Positions 7,955 through 16,858 of a stretch of DNA of 64,000 nucleotides are shown piece after piece. The position numbers and the translations under genes were made by a program. Location of the stretch: the sequence record MW825358.1. The stretch is one strand, 5' to 3'. The number at the start of each line of letters is the position of its first letter. Within the stretch, counting starts at the first letter, position 1. The notes beneath the pieces were generated by a model. That model was not told where the DNA came from and did no database searches. It saw only the letters and a program-made list of their open reading frames with translations.

Positions 7955-10039
7955 ATGTCCCGCAATGATTTGATCAACAACCCACCCACGGTATTCCGTG
8001 TGGATATCGACCCGGAACTGGCTGAGCTGACGCCGCTGTTCACCGGCTATGTCATGGACATGGTCGCCAATATGTCCCAGCGCAATGCCGCGCGCAACAT
8101 GTTCTACGAGCTGGCACAGTCAGACAACTCGATTCTGCCGGAAATGGCGCAGGATCTGGCCACCCTGACTGAATTCTGCGTGTTCACGGAAAACACCCGT
8201 CCCAACCAAATCCATTCACTCCTGCACGAGCTGGTCCAAGTCGTGGTCAACGGCTATTTGGTGATGGCGGTGGAGAAGTTCCCCGAGCAGTTCAACCCCA
8301 CTATCTCCCAGGACATGGTCAATGACCTGGAAGGTTATCTGAGCAAATACCAGCAGGCCATGCAACAGGCCCGCAACTACGTCAGGGGCGGTGGTGGTCG
8401 CCAACCGGTCGGTGGTCGTGGATACGGGAACCAGAGCTTCCAGGGCGGTCGTAGTTATGGCGGTAATGGTGGTCGCACCAGCTACGGCGGTGGTGGCAAT
8501 GCTGGCGGGAGTTGGCAGCCTGGTGGTGGCGGTCGTAGCTATGGTGGTGCCGCCACCGGTCGTCAGGGCAGTCGTTGGGACCAGGTCGATGACCAGGGTA
8601 ACCTGCAAGCTGGCACGCAAGGTGGACACTATAACCCCACGGGCATGCGCTATCGTCCCACCGGGAAGGGAATGTGGGCCGAGGAGCAAAACGGTCGTCA
8701 GCCGGGTGCTGGTGGGGCGCGCTTCCACGGCGGTGGCGGTGTAGGCCGTCAGGCACGAGTGACCGTGGATGCTCCGGAACAGCAAGCTCCGATGGGGCGT
8801 CGTGGACCGGTGGTACCGGACAATGCCACGGTGGTCGACGGGATCACATTCGTGCCGGCTGTCCCAGGTCGTCAGTGGCCCAAGGTGGTCAACCCCGAAC
8901 GTCGTTGGGATCACATCCTGCTCGACAATGGGGTGCAGATGCGTCCTGCTTTCAACTCGCCATGGACGCTGTCCTTCGATCCGGCCACTCCGGCAGTGCC
9001 GTACTACGACCCGGGTACCGAAATTCTGTTCCATGTCAAGGAGCAGGATAAGGTTACCTGGAAACTGTTCACCTGGGATAATTCGATGGAATACCTCAAG
9101 CACGAAATGGATCCGAACCTGCGTCGTCGTGAGCAGGAGCTGCAACAGCGCAAGGAAGGCAAGGTCCGTCCGAACTGGGAACTGGCCAAGGACCTGCGTC
9201 CGACCCCGTCCAGTCCGCTGGCCACCAGCGAACCGCTCAACGCTGAAACCCGGGCCATGGAAGTCAAGTCGGTCAACGATGGCAACTTCATGCAGACCAC
9301 CTCGCTGGCCGATGCAGTCAAGAAGAGCAGCTACAAGCTGCGCGTGGAAACGCCGGAGCTGTTCAAGAAGCCCTTCGAGCTGTACGTGGATCGGGCCGTG
9401 CTCACCACTGAGGTGAACGTGGACTTTGGTCAGATGTATGAAATGACCAATGCCCAGTCCTTCCAGGACCTGTGGTCCAAGATGGGTGACCTGGAAAGCG
9501 AGCTGCTGTCTGCGGTGGATGCGCGTATCACCCAGGGCATCAACCAGGCCCTGAAGCAGAACCTGTCGATCCCGAGTCTGGACATCGACTCGTTCTACGG
9601 TGACTGGGCTGATCTGCGCGATGTGCTGCTGGAGCGGTATGGTGAGCCGGTGGTGGAGGCATTGGAAAGTGCTGCCCCTGAGGTGATCTTCCGCTGGCTC
9701 AGTCATTATGAGGAGTCTGAGATCGAGGAAGTGGCCGCGTTGCTGGATATTGAGGCTGAGCACAAGGCCTTGATCTGGTCTGAGCGCACCTCGGTGACCT
9801 GCCTGCCTTTCTCGGCAGCAGATCTGAACCTGCCGGCAGACGGGGTGATGGTCAGCGCAGCAGTCAATCCGGAAGTGTACAGCACCTTGCTGGCACTGAT
9901 GGCGCGCACGGCCGATTGGCCGCACGTGTACTTTGCTCGCTACCTGACCACCAATGACGGTCAGGTCTTCTCGGTGGTCAAGGGTTACCTCAACGATGAG
10001 GCCTTGATGATCTACAAGACCGACATCGTCTTGAAGTAA
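7955..10039 (+). CDS. Conserved hypothetical protein with an internal Gly/Arg/Tyr-rich low-complexity region
   Basis: 694 aa, strong codon bias; GGRSYGG-type repeats at about aa 140-270. Confidence 0.8.
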   Translation: MSRNDLINNPPTVFRVDIDPELAELTPLFTGYVMDMVANMSQRNAARNMFYELAQSDNSILPEMAQDLATLTEFCVFTENTRPNQIHSLLHELVQVVVNGYLVMAVEKFPEQFNPTISQDMVNDLEGYLSKYQQAMQQARNYVRGGGGRQPVGGRGYGNQSFQGGRSYGGNGGRTSYGGGGNAGGSWQPGGGGRSYGGAATGRQGSRWDQVDDQGNLQAGTQGGHYNPTGMRYRPTGKGMWAEEQNGRQPGAGGARFHGGGGVGRQARVTVDAPEQQAPMGRRGPVVPDNATVVDGITFVPAVPGRQWPKVVNPERRWDHILLDNGVQMRPAFNSPWTLSFDPATPAVPYYDPGTEILFHVKEQDKVTWKLFTWDNSMEYLKHEMDPNLRRREQELQQRKEGKVRPNWELAKDLRPTPSSPLATSEPLNAETRAMEVKSVNDGNFMQTTSLADAVKKSSYKLRVETPELFKKPFELYVDRAVLTTEVNVDFGQMYEMTNAQSFQDLWSKMGDLESELLSAVDARITQGINQALKQNLSIPSLDIDSFYGDWADLRDVLLERYGEPVVEALESAAPEVIFRWLSHYEESEIEEVAALLDIEAEHKALIWSERTSVTCLPFSAADLNLPADGVMVSAAVNPEVYSTLLALMARTADWPHVYFARYLTTNDGQVFSVVKGYLNDEALMIYKTDIVLK

Positions 10040-10042
10040 GCC

Positions 10043-10072
10043 GCATAAAGCCCCCACCCTTCGGGGTGGGGG
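10043..10072 (+). terminator. Hairpin with upstream GCATAA box and no U-tract
   Basis: cccccaccc-ttcg-gggtggggg (10051-10072). Confidence 0.65.
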
Positions 10073-10096
10073 TCTCTGTCAGCCAAAGGATCTTCT

Positions 10097-10465
10097 ATGC
10101 CCCATTTTGATTTGTTCGAAATTCCGCCCGGGTGGAGTACTCTGGCAAGCGCACCCAAGGATGGTCGCGAACTTCTCTTGCTGGTTCCTAGGGGCGGTGA
10201 TCATGCTATCGACACTACCAAGGAACCCTACGTTCAAACCATTGGCCACAACAGCTGTGATCACGATGGTCAGGACGTGTGGCACTACGTAGGTTGGTGT
10301 GCCGATCATGGGCACTATGTCAGTGTCAAAACATGGCTAACCAGCAGCGGCGAGGAGTCTGAACCTGCTGTCAACCATCTTCCCATTGCCTTCAAGCCAC
10401 TCCCACCGATCTTTTCCAAGAACGGTGTTGTACTCATTCAAGATGATGCCGCCCAGGTCGGGTAG
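10097..10465 (+). CDS. Small hypothetical protein with a WxPIxTAPKDG-like (DUF551-type) N-terminal motif
   Basis: WSTLASAPKDGRELLL motif typical of small phage accessory proteins; RBS aaagga. Confidence 0.6.
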   Translation: MPHFDLFEIPPGWSTLASAPKDGRELLLLVPRGGDHAIDTTKEPYVQTIGHNSCDHDGQDVWHYVGWCADHGHYVSVKTWLTSSGEESEPAVNHLPIAFKPLPPIFSKNGVVLIQDDAAQVG

Positions 10466-10542
10466 TTTGCTCATTACTGCACACACGCGTGTGCAGTGCT
10501 GAGTATTCTATACTCAACTGACCAACCTTTGGTGAGGTAGGC

Positions 10543-10633
10543 GGCATAGACGCGCACCTTGCGGTGCGCGCTAGCCTTTGTATAGGGGCCTCCGTATTGG
10601 AGGCCCCTCTTTTTATGCCCTCTTTTTTTTTTT
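10543..10633. terminator. Bidirectional terminator region between convergent genes
   Basis: Hairpins 10551-10570 and 10584-10608, GGCATAG/TTATGCC flanks, and an 11-T run at 10623-10633. Confidence 0.7.
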
Positions 10634-10635
10634 GC

Positions 10636-13539
10636 TTAGAGGACACCACCGCTGTTGTAGGACGGACCGGCATCTGGATCTTCTTGATCCTGCTGCTCCT
10701 CTGCGGCCTCAGCCTCTGACCCTTCCTGCTCGACTTCACCTTCAGAAGCGTCTGCCTCATCGGCAATCGGTTCCGGCATTTCAGGCATCGCTGCGGACAG
10801 ATCATCCATTCCACCGCCAAAGTCATCGGTTCCTGAAGGAGCACCGAAGGTATCACCGCCGCCGAAATCACCACCGGGGTTCTCACCCACCAGCTCGGCC
10901 AACTTGGCCACAGCCGGATCGGTCATCTGACGTTGACGGGCAAAGTTGTACATGACCTTCAACAGGGAATCACCCATGGACTTCATGTGTTCGCTGATGT
11001 TCTTAGCCAGATCCGGCTTGTCATCTTCGTCCACACCCACCAGCATGTCATGCAGCTCTGGCATCACGTTGTTATCGCGCATCCAAGCACGCATCAGATC
11101 AGCCTTGGTGGCTGCCTTGGTCACATCCACCAGCTCAGCCAGTGAACCCAGACCATGTGATTCCAAGAAGGCCGGGTTGATATACGCATCCAATGCCTTC
11201 TCATAGGCCTGGTCTTGCTTGTCATAGGCCTCCATCTGACGATCGATGGTGATCATATCCGGCTTGGGCAGGGAGATCAAAATGCACTGCAAGAACTCCA
11301 TGATGACCGCATCTTGGCCCATGTCTTCCAGCTTTTGCAGTTGCTCTTCAAAAGACTCCATCGTCGGGCGCGTTTGATTAGGCAGTCCAGCCTTGGACAT
11401 GTCCACCTTCTGATTGAAGGCTTTCTTACCCTGCAACGCCTGCTTTTGCTCGGCATTTTGCTCAGACAGTTCCTGGGCACGACCTTGATCGGCAGTGAGC
11501 TTATCCTTGTTCTCATCAATCAAGCGGCGCAGCTCTTCCATCAGGTTACCGTCAGCCAAGATGTACTTGGTGACAAAGTCCTGCAAGAACTCCTCCAAGG
11601 TTGCCTGATAACCCAGCACGCGCTTGGCCAGCAACAGGTTGTTTGCCACCACCGAGGTAGCAAACTCTGCATTGGCGCCTGCATCGACCATATCCGGAGA
11701 CAGGCCCATGGCCATCAGATGGCGATCGCGCAAGTCCTTCATCATTTCCGAATCAGGCTTGACGCGGTTGGAGGCACGCTCTGAGACGTCGAACTTCACT
11801 TCCGGGAACCGGGTGTTGCCTTGAACGGCCACATCGACCGAGGCATTTTGCAAGAAGCTGACAATGTCGGTAGGATTGGTCGCACCGAGTGGGAAAGAAC
11901 CCTGGCGGGTCTTGGCGTACTCGGTCATCAAGAACTCCACCGTGTGGGTGGGGTTGGGATCTTCCGGATCCAGGGTGATGTCAATGCGTGTGCGGTTGAT
12001 CGAGTTCTTGATCGAGGCCATGGTCTCGGCAAACAAAGCCAGGACGCGAATGCCGCCTAAGATCTTGGACTTTTGCAGCAAGGACTGACCAATGCCATAC
12101 TTGTTGTAGTCAAATGCAATGTAGGTCAACATTTCCGCAGGCACATACAACAGCTGGGTATGTTGACGGCCCATCGCACGGGCAAGCATGACGCGGTAGA
12201 CTTCCGTCGGAGAGGTCACCTCCACTTGATCACCGTAAATGCCATTGCGCAGTCGATCGGTCAATTCCTTTTCCAGGAACTGGCCGTAGATGCGTGACAT
12301 CTCATCAATCTCAGATTGACGATCCATGGCCTGACCTTGGAAGGCACGCTTAGCCTGAGTCAACAACTGCGAACCCATCGATGCATTGGCATTGAGAGTA
12401 TTGGACATATCAGCGTAGTAGTCACGCTGGGAGACCGTATTGATCGGATTACCCATGTTATCCAAGAGCACGAAATAACCCAGATGCTTTTCTGGGTTGG
12501 ACGGCTGATGGACGGGAATGACCGATTCAGAAGGCAACTTCATCACCAAAGGGTGACCGATCGTAGGACGGGCCAGAGCGTGGGTAGGCTGTATCAGATG
12601 GATCGGTGCGTGGGTACCCATCGTTGACTGACGATGACCCACACCCATTTGCATCCCAGCCATATAGGCCTCTTGCGACACCTCATAGTCAGCACTTTTC
12701 AAAGCCACTCGACCCCGCTTCCTGAGCAGGTGATAAGTGCGGTCTTTGGCCAGGCGCTGCTGCAGGGCAGACATGCGCAGTACCGAAGGATTGTCGATAA
12801 CGGTGACGTGCGATTCCATGCCCAGCTCGGTGGTGTCCAGCGCAGGCTTATAGCCGGCGGTGTCACCGTAAGCTTCCATGGAGAAATTCAGTTTGGCCGG
12901 ACCTTCAGCCCGCGCGTTTCCTAAAAAGCCCCAAGACTTAGGACGCCCATCAGCTTCGAAATCTTCGCTGATCGACTCCATCGAGACCCGACCTGGATTG
13001 TTGATGGCCTGATCAATGGAGGACTCAGGCAAGATCAACAGCGGATAGGAGCCAGTGAGAAATAAAGCGTCTTCCAAGGAAGGTTTCAGCAACTCGCTAA
13101 TCTTGTAGATCTTCTCAAAGTGCTCCGTGACCACATTGAGCATGGAACCTGCCAATTCGCTGTTAAAGCGGTTGGAATCCAGCGTGAAGTTCACTGCCGT
13201 GGTTACGTGGTCTTTGGGAGCCAGAATTGAGCTAACGAGGATCTGCATCGCCAGTTCTGTCTCAGGCAGAATCTGGAAGATGCTTTGCGCATCATTGACG
13301 TCATTTGCCGTCAGGTCTGAGATGCGCTTGAGCAAGCCCATGTCCGGCGCTTGTAGCGGCTTATCGCGACGACCAGCAGACAGATATCCCTGACCGAAGT
13401 TTTGCTGTTGTACCTCAGGGACCAACTTCCTGGTCAAAGCCGCCACCAAAGGTGCGCGACCGTTGGGTGTAAGGCGACGAAAATCGCTTCGCGCATCCGT
13501 CGGGATCGGGTACGAATAAGCGTTGTTTGAATTGGACAT
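10636..13539 (-). CDS. Putative portal protein (phiKZ gp129-like)
   Basis: 967 aa; QIFQILPETELAMQILVSSILAPKD, YPLLILPESSID and LPSESVIPV..P..HLGYFVLLD motifs as remembered for the phiKZ gp129 family; acidic C-terminal tail; divergent from the gp128-like gene. Confidence 0.68.
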   Translation of the reverse strand: MSNSNNAYSYPIPTDARSDFRRLTPNGRAPLVAALTRKLVPEVQQQNFGQGYLSAGRRDKPLQAPDMGLLKRISDLTANDVNDAQSIFQILPETELAMQILVSSILAPKDHVTTAVNFTLDSNRFNSELAGSMLNVVTEHFEKIYKISELLKPSLEDALFLTGSYPLLILPESSIDQAINNPGRVSMESISEDFEADGRPKSWGFLGNARAEGPAKLNFSMEAYGDTAGYKPALDTTELGMESHVTVIDNPSVLRMSALQQRLAKDRTYHLLRKRGRVALKSADYEVSQEAYMAGMQMGVGHRQSTMGTHAPIHLIQPTHALARPTIGHPLVMKLPSESVIPVHQPSNPEKHLGYFVLLDNMGNPINTVSQRDYYADMSNTLNANASMGSQLLTQAKRAFQGQAMDRQSEIDEMSRIYGQFLEKELTDRLRNGIYGDQVEVTSPTEVYRVMLARAMGRQHTQLLYVPAEMLTYIAFDYNKYGIGQSLLQKSKILGGIRVLALFAETMASIKNSINRTRIDITLDPEDPNPTHTVEFLMTEYAKTRQGSFPLGATNPTDIVSFLQNASVDVAVQGNTRFPEVKFDVSERASNRVKPDSEMMKDLRDRHLMAMGLSPDMVDAGANAEFATSVVANNLLLAKRVLGYQATLEEFLQDFVTKYILADGNLMEELRRLIDENKDKLTADQGRAQELSEQNAEQKQALQGKKAFNQKVDMSKAGLPNQTRPTMESFEEQLQKLEDMGQDAVIMEFLQCILISLPKPDMITIDRQMEAYDKQDQAYEKALDAYINPAFLESHGLGSLAELVDVTKAATKADLMRAWMRDNNVMPELHDMLVGVDEDDKPDLAKNISEHMKSMGDSLLKVMYNFARQRQMTDPAVAKLAELVGENPGGDFGGGDTFGAPSGTDDFGGGMDDLSAAMPEMPEPIADEADASEGEVEQEGSEAEAAEEQQDQEDPDAGPSYNSGGVL

Positions 13540-13585
13540 AGCTAACCTCTGAAGCTAACTTTTTTGTGAAATTGGGAGACGCCCC

Positions 13586-16330
13586 GTGTCAAAGGCGCAA
13601 TACGACATTTATAAGCGGAAGGTCCTCGACTTGGCCCGACGCTTGGTCGTAAAGAGTGGGCCTGTGGCCGATGCGATCAACACTGAGTTGCGCGCACTTG
13701 GACTACAGATCAACGAAAACGATCCAACGTCGTGGAAGTACTATCTACATCTGGCGGGCGAGTACCACAGCACCGACACGGTGATGACGGTCAAGTCCTT
13801 GGACACGCTTGAAACGATCGTGTTCAACAAAGCCAACTTGAACATCCATTTGGCAACGTCTCGTGAGTATCGGGAATTTGGGTCTTACTACCGAGCCTTG
13901 GTGGCTCAGTATCCAGACCAAGAAGACCTGATCCGCGGCATTATCAATCCGGTGGATATCAATACTGCCATTGCAGCAGAAGATGGGCAAATCCTCTACT
14001 ACGATGCTGATCTGGTGGAGGAGAACGAAGAGAACCTGATTGCCAAACTGGAAGTTTGGTGTAAAGTCTTCTCGCGCCGGTGGATGGTCCGGGCCTATGC
14101 GTTCGTGGATGACCTGTACGTAGCCGCACATCGCGGGCTTATGTACCAGCTGATCCCGGCCGTGATCATGAATATCCGGCTAGGCAACTGCCATACTAAT
14201 TACGCGCATTCCTATCACATTCGCGAGTACTTGGCAAGCCATCAAAAGCTGGATGAAGCTGTTGATTACATGACCAAAAAGCAAATGCTCTGGTTGTACC
14301 GGGAAATCCGGTATATCGAGCGTAATGCGGGTAAGCAATCAACCTTCAATTCTCTGCTCAAGCACATCATGACCGATCGGGGCCTGCCCCTATCGCAATG
14401 GGACATGCGCCATAACCTGGCGGCCATGCCCGATGCCATTACCCCGAATGTAGAGTTCGTGCGTAGTGCATTGAATTTGAACCTGACCTCAGGTGGTGCT
14501 GAAACACGCAATGTCACTGAGATGCTGGAGGCTGAGGCGGACTTGACGCTGGGCAACACCCGCGTGATGGACGATGTGGCCCCCATCATTCGGGAGCAAA
14601 TGGAATACAGCTTAAATGACAAGCTGGAGACCAAGGTACTAGAGTCCTCGGTGCTGGACATGACCGATGCGGCCATCTTTACCAAGGCCGATACCCTGCT
14701 GAACCATTGGCTGTTCCTGGCCTTTAAGGATCGCTATACGGCGGTCATCACCGTGGACAACCCGCGCACCGGTGCACCGTTGGTGCTCTCGGCCAAAGAA
14801 GCCTTTATCGTTTACGTCTACGTCTTCGGTAAAGCCTTGGGGTTGAACATTACCCACTTGCCGGTCTTGCCGGCCAACAATGTCCGTCGCTTGAATATTC
14901 CGGCGCGCAGCGTGTTGCAGGGGATGATTGCCAAAGAACATCAAGACCCTGAAGTCTTAGATGCGATCTATGCAGCCATTGAACCGACTGGAACCTATAT
15001 CTCCACAGAAGCCTTTAACCGGGCTGCAGTGAAGATCCACGAGGGGTTGATGCAACACCGCTGGATTTGGGCCACACGGGAAAACCGTGATGAACGTGGT
15101 CAGGTCGAAGCGGCGGCCATGCATTTGTATTTTGATTATCCGTGTGATCTGGGCAACTCCCAGACCTATACGGCCTGGTTTGCCGAGCGCGGGCTGGATA
15201 TGCCGCAGTTCACAGAGTTGGAGGCTGGGTTACTGGCTGACTCTCTGGTCTCCTATGCCACCGGTGCCAATCTCACCGCCAGCATTAGCCTGCGTGATAT
15301 CCAGGCAGCGATGCTGCGGATCATGGCCACGCTTTCGTCCTACAGCATTCAATTCCTGCAATCCATCAACACTCAGCCCATCTTGGTCAATGATTGGCCA
15401 GAGCCGCGCATTGGTAAGATTCATGCCACCGCTGCTGACACGATTGGGGTGAATAACATCAACCTCTATGTGCAGGATGTGCGGGAACGTGGTCGTGGTA
15501 AAGACCACTTGCCTGACATTGGATGGGGTGGAGAGCTGGATGATGCGGCCCATGGCAGGATCTATGATCGGATCGACTTTGACCTGATCTCCAGCCCAAG
15601 CGGTGAGACCACCTTTAGGTATCGCATCGAACTGCCGCGTCCGAACAATGTGGAGTGGAACGTCACAGCACCTGAGTTGGAGGACCTGGAGGATCTGGAT
15701 ACAGATTCCTACAAGCCGATCAACTCCACTGCCTTGGCCCAGGCCTTTGCAACGCTGGAGTCTGACCACTACGCCTTGGATGCTGAGGATCTGCAGACCC
15801 TGACAGAGCGCTGGAACAACCGTCCGGTGGAAGCACCGTATGTGCTGTACGGCGATGGGTTGTACGCCCCGAATCCGTTTGAGGCCAACACCTATGTTCC
15901 GCTGTTTGAGATGCCCATCTATGTCATGGATGCGTTCTTGACCGAGCTGGAATATCCGACTTGGTCCTTCCATTGCGTCCTGGACGATTTGGAATATCCC
16001 AAGCTGGTGGCCACAGCGGTCTTGGATGATCTGGTTTATCCCACCGCCCCGGTGGAGATGACGCTAAACCGTCTGCGTTATTCCGATGTGGAACGTGAGG
16101 CATTCTTAAATGACCTGCAATACCCGTCCTTGACCACGACAGTGATGCTCGATGAGCTGAACTATCCTGAGATCGGACAGGTGGTCCTGGATGACCTGGA
16201 GTACCCGGTCGTTGAACAGACACTGACCTTGAATCGCCTGAACTACACTCCGGTGATCATGTTGGATGATCTGGACTACCCGGATGTGGATTATGCCCTG
16301 GAGTCTGATGGGTTGCCGTATCCGTCCTAA
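13586..16330 (+). CDS. Virion structural protein, probable baseplate component (phiKZ gp128-like), with C-terminal LDDLxYP repeats
   Basis: 914 aa; DPTSWKYYLHLAGEYH, GNCHTNYAHSYHI and NAGKQSTF motifs; about 10 short C-terminal repeats. Confidence 0.7.
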   Translation: MSKAQYDIYKRKVLDLARRLVVKSGPVADAINTELRALGLQINENDPTSWKYYLHLAGEYHSTDTVMTVKSLDTLETIVFNKANLNIHLATSREYREFGSYYRALVAQYPDQEDLIRGIINPVDINTAIAAEDGQILYYDADLVEENEENLIAKLEVWCKVFSRRWMVRAYAFVDDLYVAAHRGLMYQLIPAVIMNIRLGNCHTNYAHSYHIREYLASHQKLDEAVDYMTKKQMLWLYREIRYIERNAGKQSTFNSLLKHIMTDRGLPLSQWDMRHNLAAMPDAITPNVEFVRSALNLNLTSGGAETRNVTEMLEAEADLTLGNTRVMDDVAPIIREQMEYSLNDKLETKVLESSVLDMTDAAIFTKADTLLNHWLFLAFKDRYTAVITVDNPRTGAPLVLSAKEAFIVYVYVFGKALGLNITHLPVLPANNVRRLNIPARSVLQGMIAKEHQDPEVLDAIYAAIEPTGTYISTEAFNRAAVKIHEGLMQHRWIWATRENRDERGQVEAAAMHLYFDYPCDLGNSQTYTAWFAERGLDMPQFTELEAGLLADSLVSYATGANLTASISLRDIQAAMLRIMATLSSYSIQFLQSINTQPILVNDWPEPRIGKIHATAADTIGVNNINLYVQDVRERGRGKDHLPDIGWGGELDDAAHGRIYDRIDFDLISSPSGETTFRYRIELPRPNNVEWNVTAPELEDLEDLDTDSYKPINSTALAQAFATLESDHYALDAEDLQTLTERWNNRPVEAPYVLYGDGLYAPNPFEANTYVPLFEMPIYVMDAFLTELEYPTWSFHCVLDDLEYPKLVATAVLDDLVYPTAPVEMTLNRLRYSDVEREAFLNDLQYPSLTTTVMLDELNYPEIGQVVLDDLEYPVVEQTLTLNRLNYTPVIMLDDLDYPDVDYALESDGLPYPS
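15938..16327 (+). repeat. Peptide repeat L[DN]xLxYP, about 10 copies
   Basis: LTELEYP, LDDLEYP, LDDLVYP, LNRLRYS, LNDLQYP, LDELNYP, LDDLEYP, LNRLNYT, LDDLDYP, SDGLPYP. Confidence 0.85.
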
Positions 16331-16342
16331 CCACCAACCATG

Positions 16343-16373
16343 AGCTGGGAGCCCTTCGGGGCTCCCAGCTTTT
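16343..16373 (+). terminator. Intrinsic terminator
   Basis: 12-bp stem agctgggagccc/gggctcccagct, UUCG loop, U-tract. Confidence 0.8.
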
Positions 16374-16399
16374 CTACAGCCTATTGGAAGGATTGCCAC

Positions 16400-16855
16400 A
16401 TGACTGGCTCACTGGCCTTATTGGCCATCCCGCACAGCGAGGCGGCGAACACCATTATCGCCGATGCTCTCAAAGCAGGCGTTAACCCCGATTACCTCTA
16501 CCCAGGCACCTCCAGCGTCCAGCAAAACGGAAAAGGACTGCTGCCTGTGTATATCGATTCAGATGCCTACAACGATCCGAGTTGGCCCTACCGTGGCAGC
16601 ACACAGCTCACCTATAACCGGGTGGATCTGAACGAAGCCTTGGGGCATTTGAACCTGACCTTGAAAGTCACCCGGACCTTCACAAGCGCGCAGTTGGTAG
16701 CCAAGCTTGCCAGTATCTTGCAGCTGTATTTTGAAGCCGGTGATTACGTGGCAGAAACACGCACGCTCAATACTGCCTCGGCAGTGTACACCCTTAAAGC
16801 TGCAGCCGATAGCCCGCGCTGGGCCGGTCAGTTGCAAATCCACGTACATCTGTAA
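16400..16855 (+). CDS. Virion structural protein of the paralogous YxRLDL family
   Basis: Start moved to ATG 16400 because the longer ORF start lies within the terminator; LTYNRVDLNEAL motif. Confidence 0.7.
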   Translation: MTGSLALLAIPHSEAANTIIADALKAGVNPDYLYPGTSSVQQNGKGLLPVYIDSDAYNDPSWPYRGSTQLTYNRVDLNEALGHLNLTLKVTRTFTSAQLVAKLASILQLYFEAGDYVAETRTLNTASAVYTLKAAADSPRWAGQLQIHVHL

Positions 16856-16858
16856 GGA

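Noticed and set aside
8216-10057. 613-aa minus-strand ORF
   Set aside because: Antisense shadow of ORF 7955-10039, in register with its codons.
10466-10540. tRNA gene
   Set aside because: Cloverleaf-like folding, but no T-loop TTCGA, no D-loop GG, no 7-nt anticodon loop and no 7-bp acceptor stem.
10623-10633. Poly-T frameshift or phase-variation site
   Set aside because: Intergenic, directly after terminator hairpins.
16340-16399. N-terminal extension of ORF 16340
   Set aside because: Runs through the terminator hairpin; ATG 16400 is the more plausible start.
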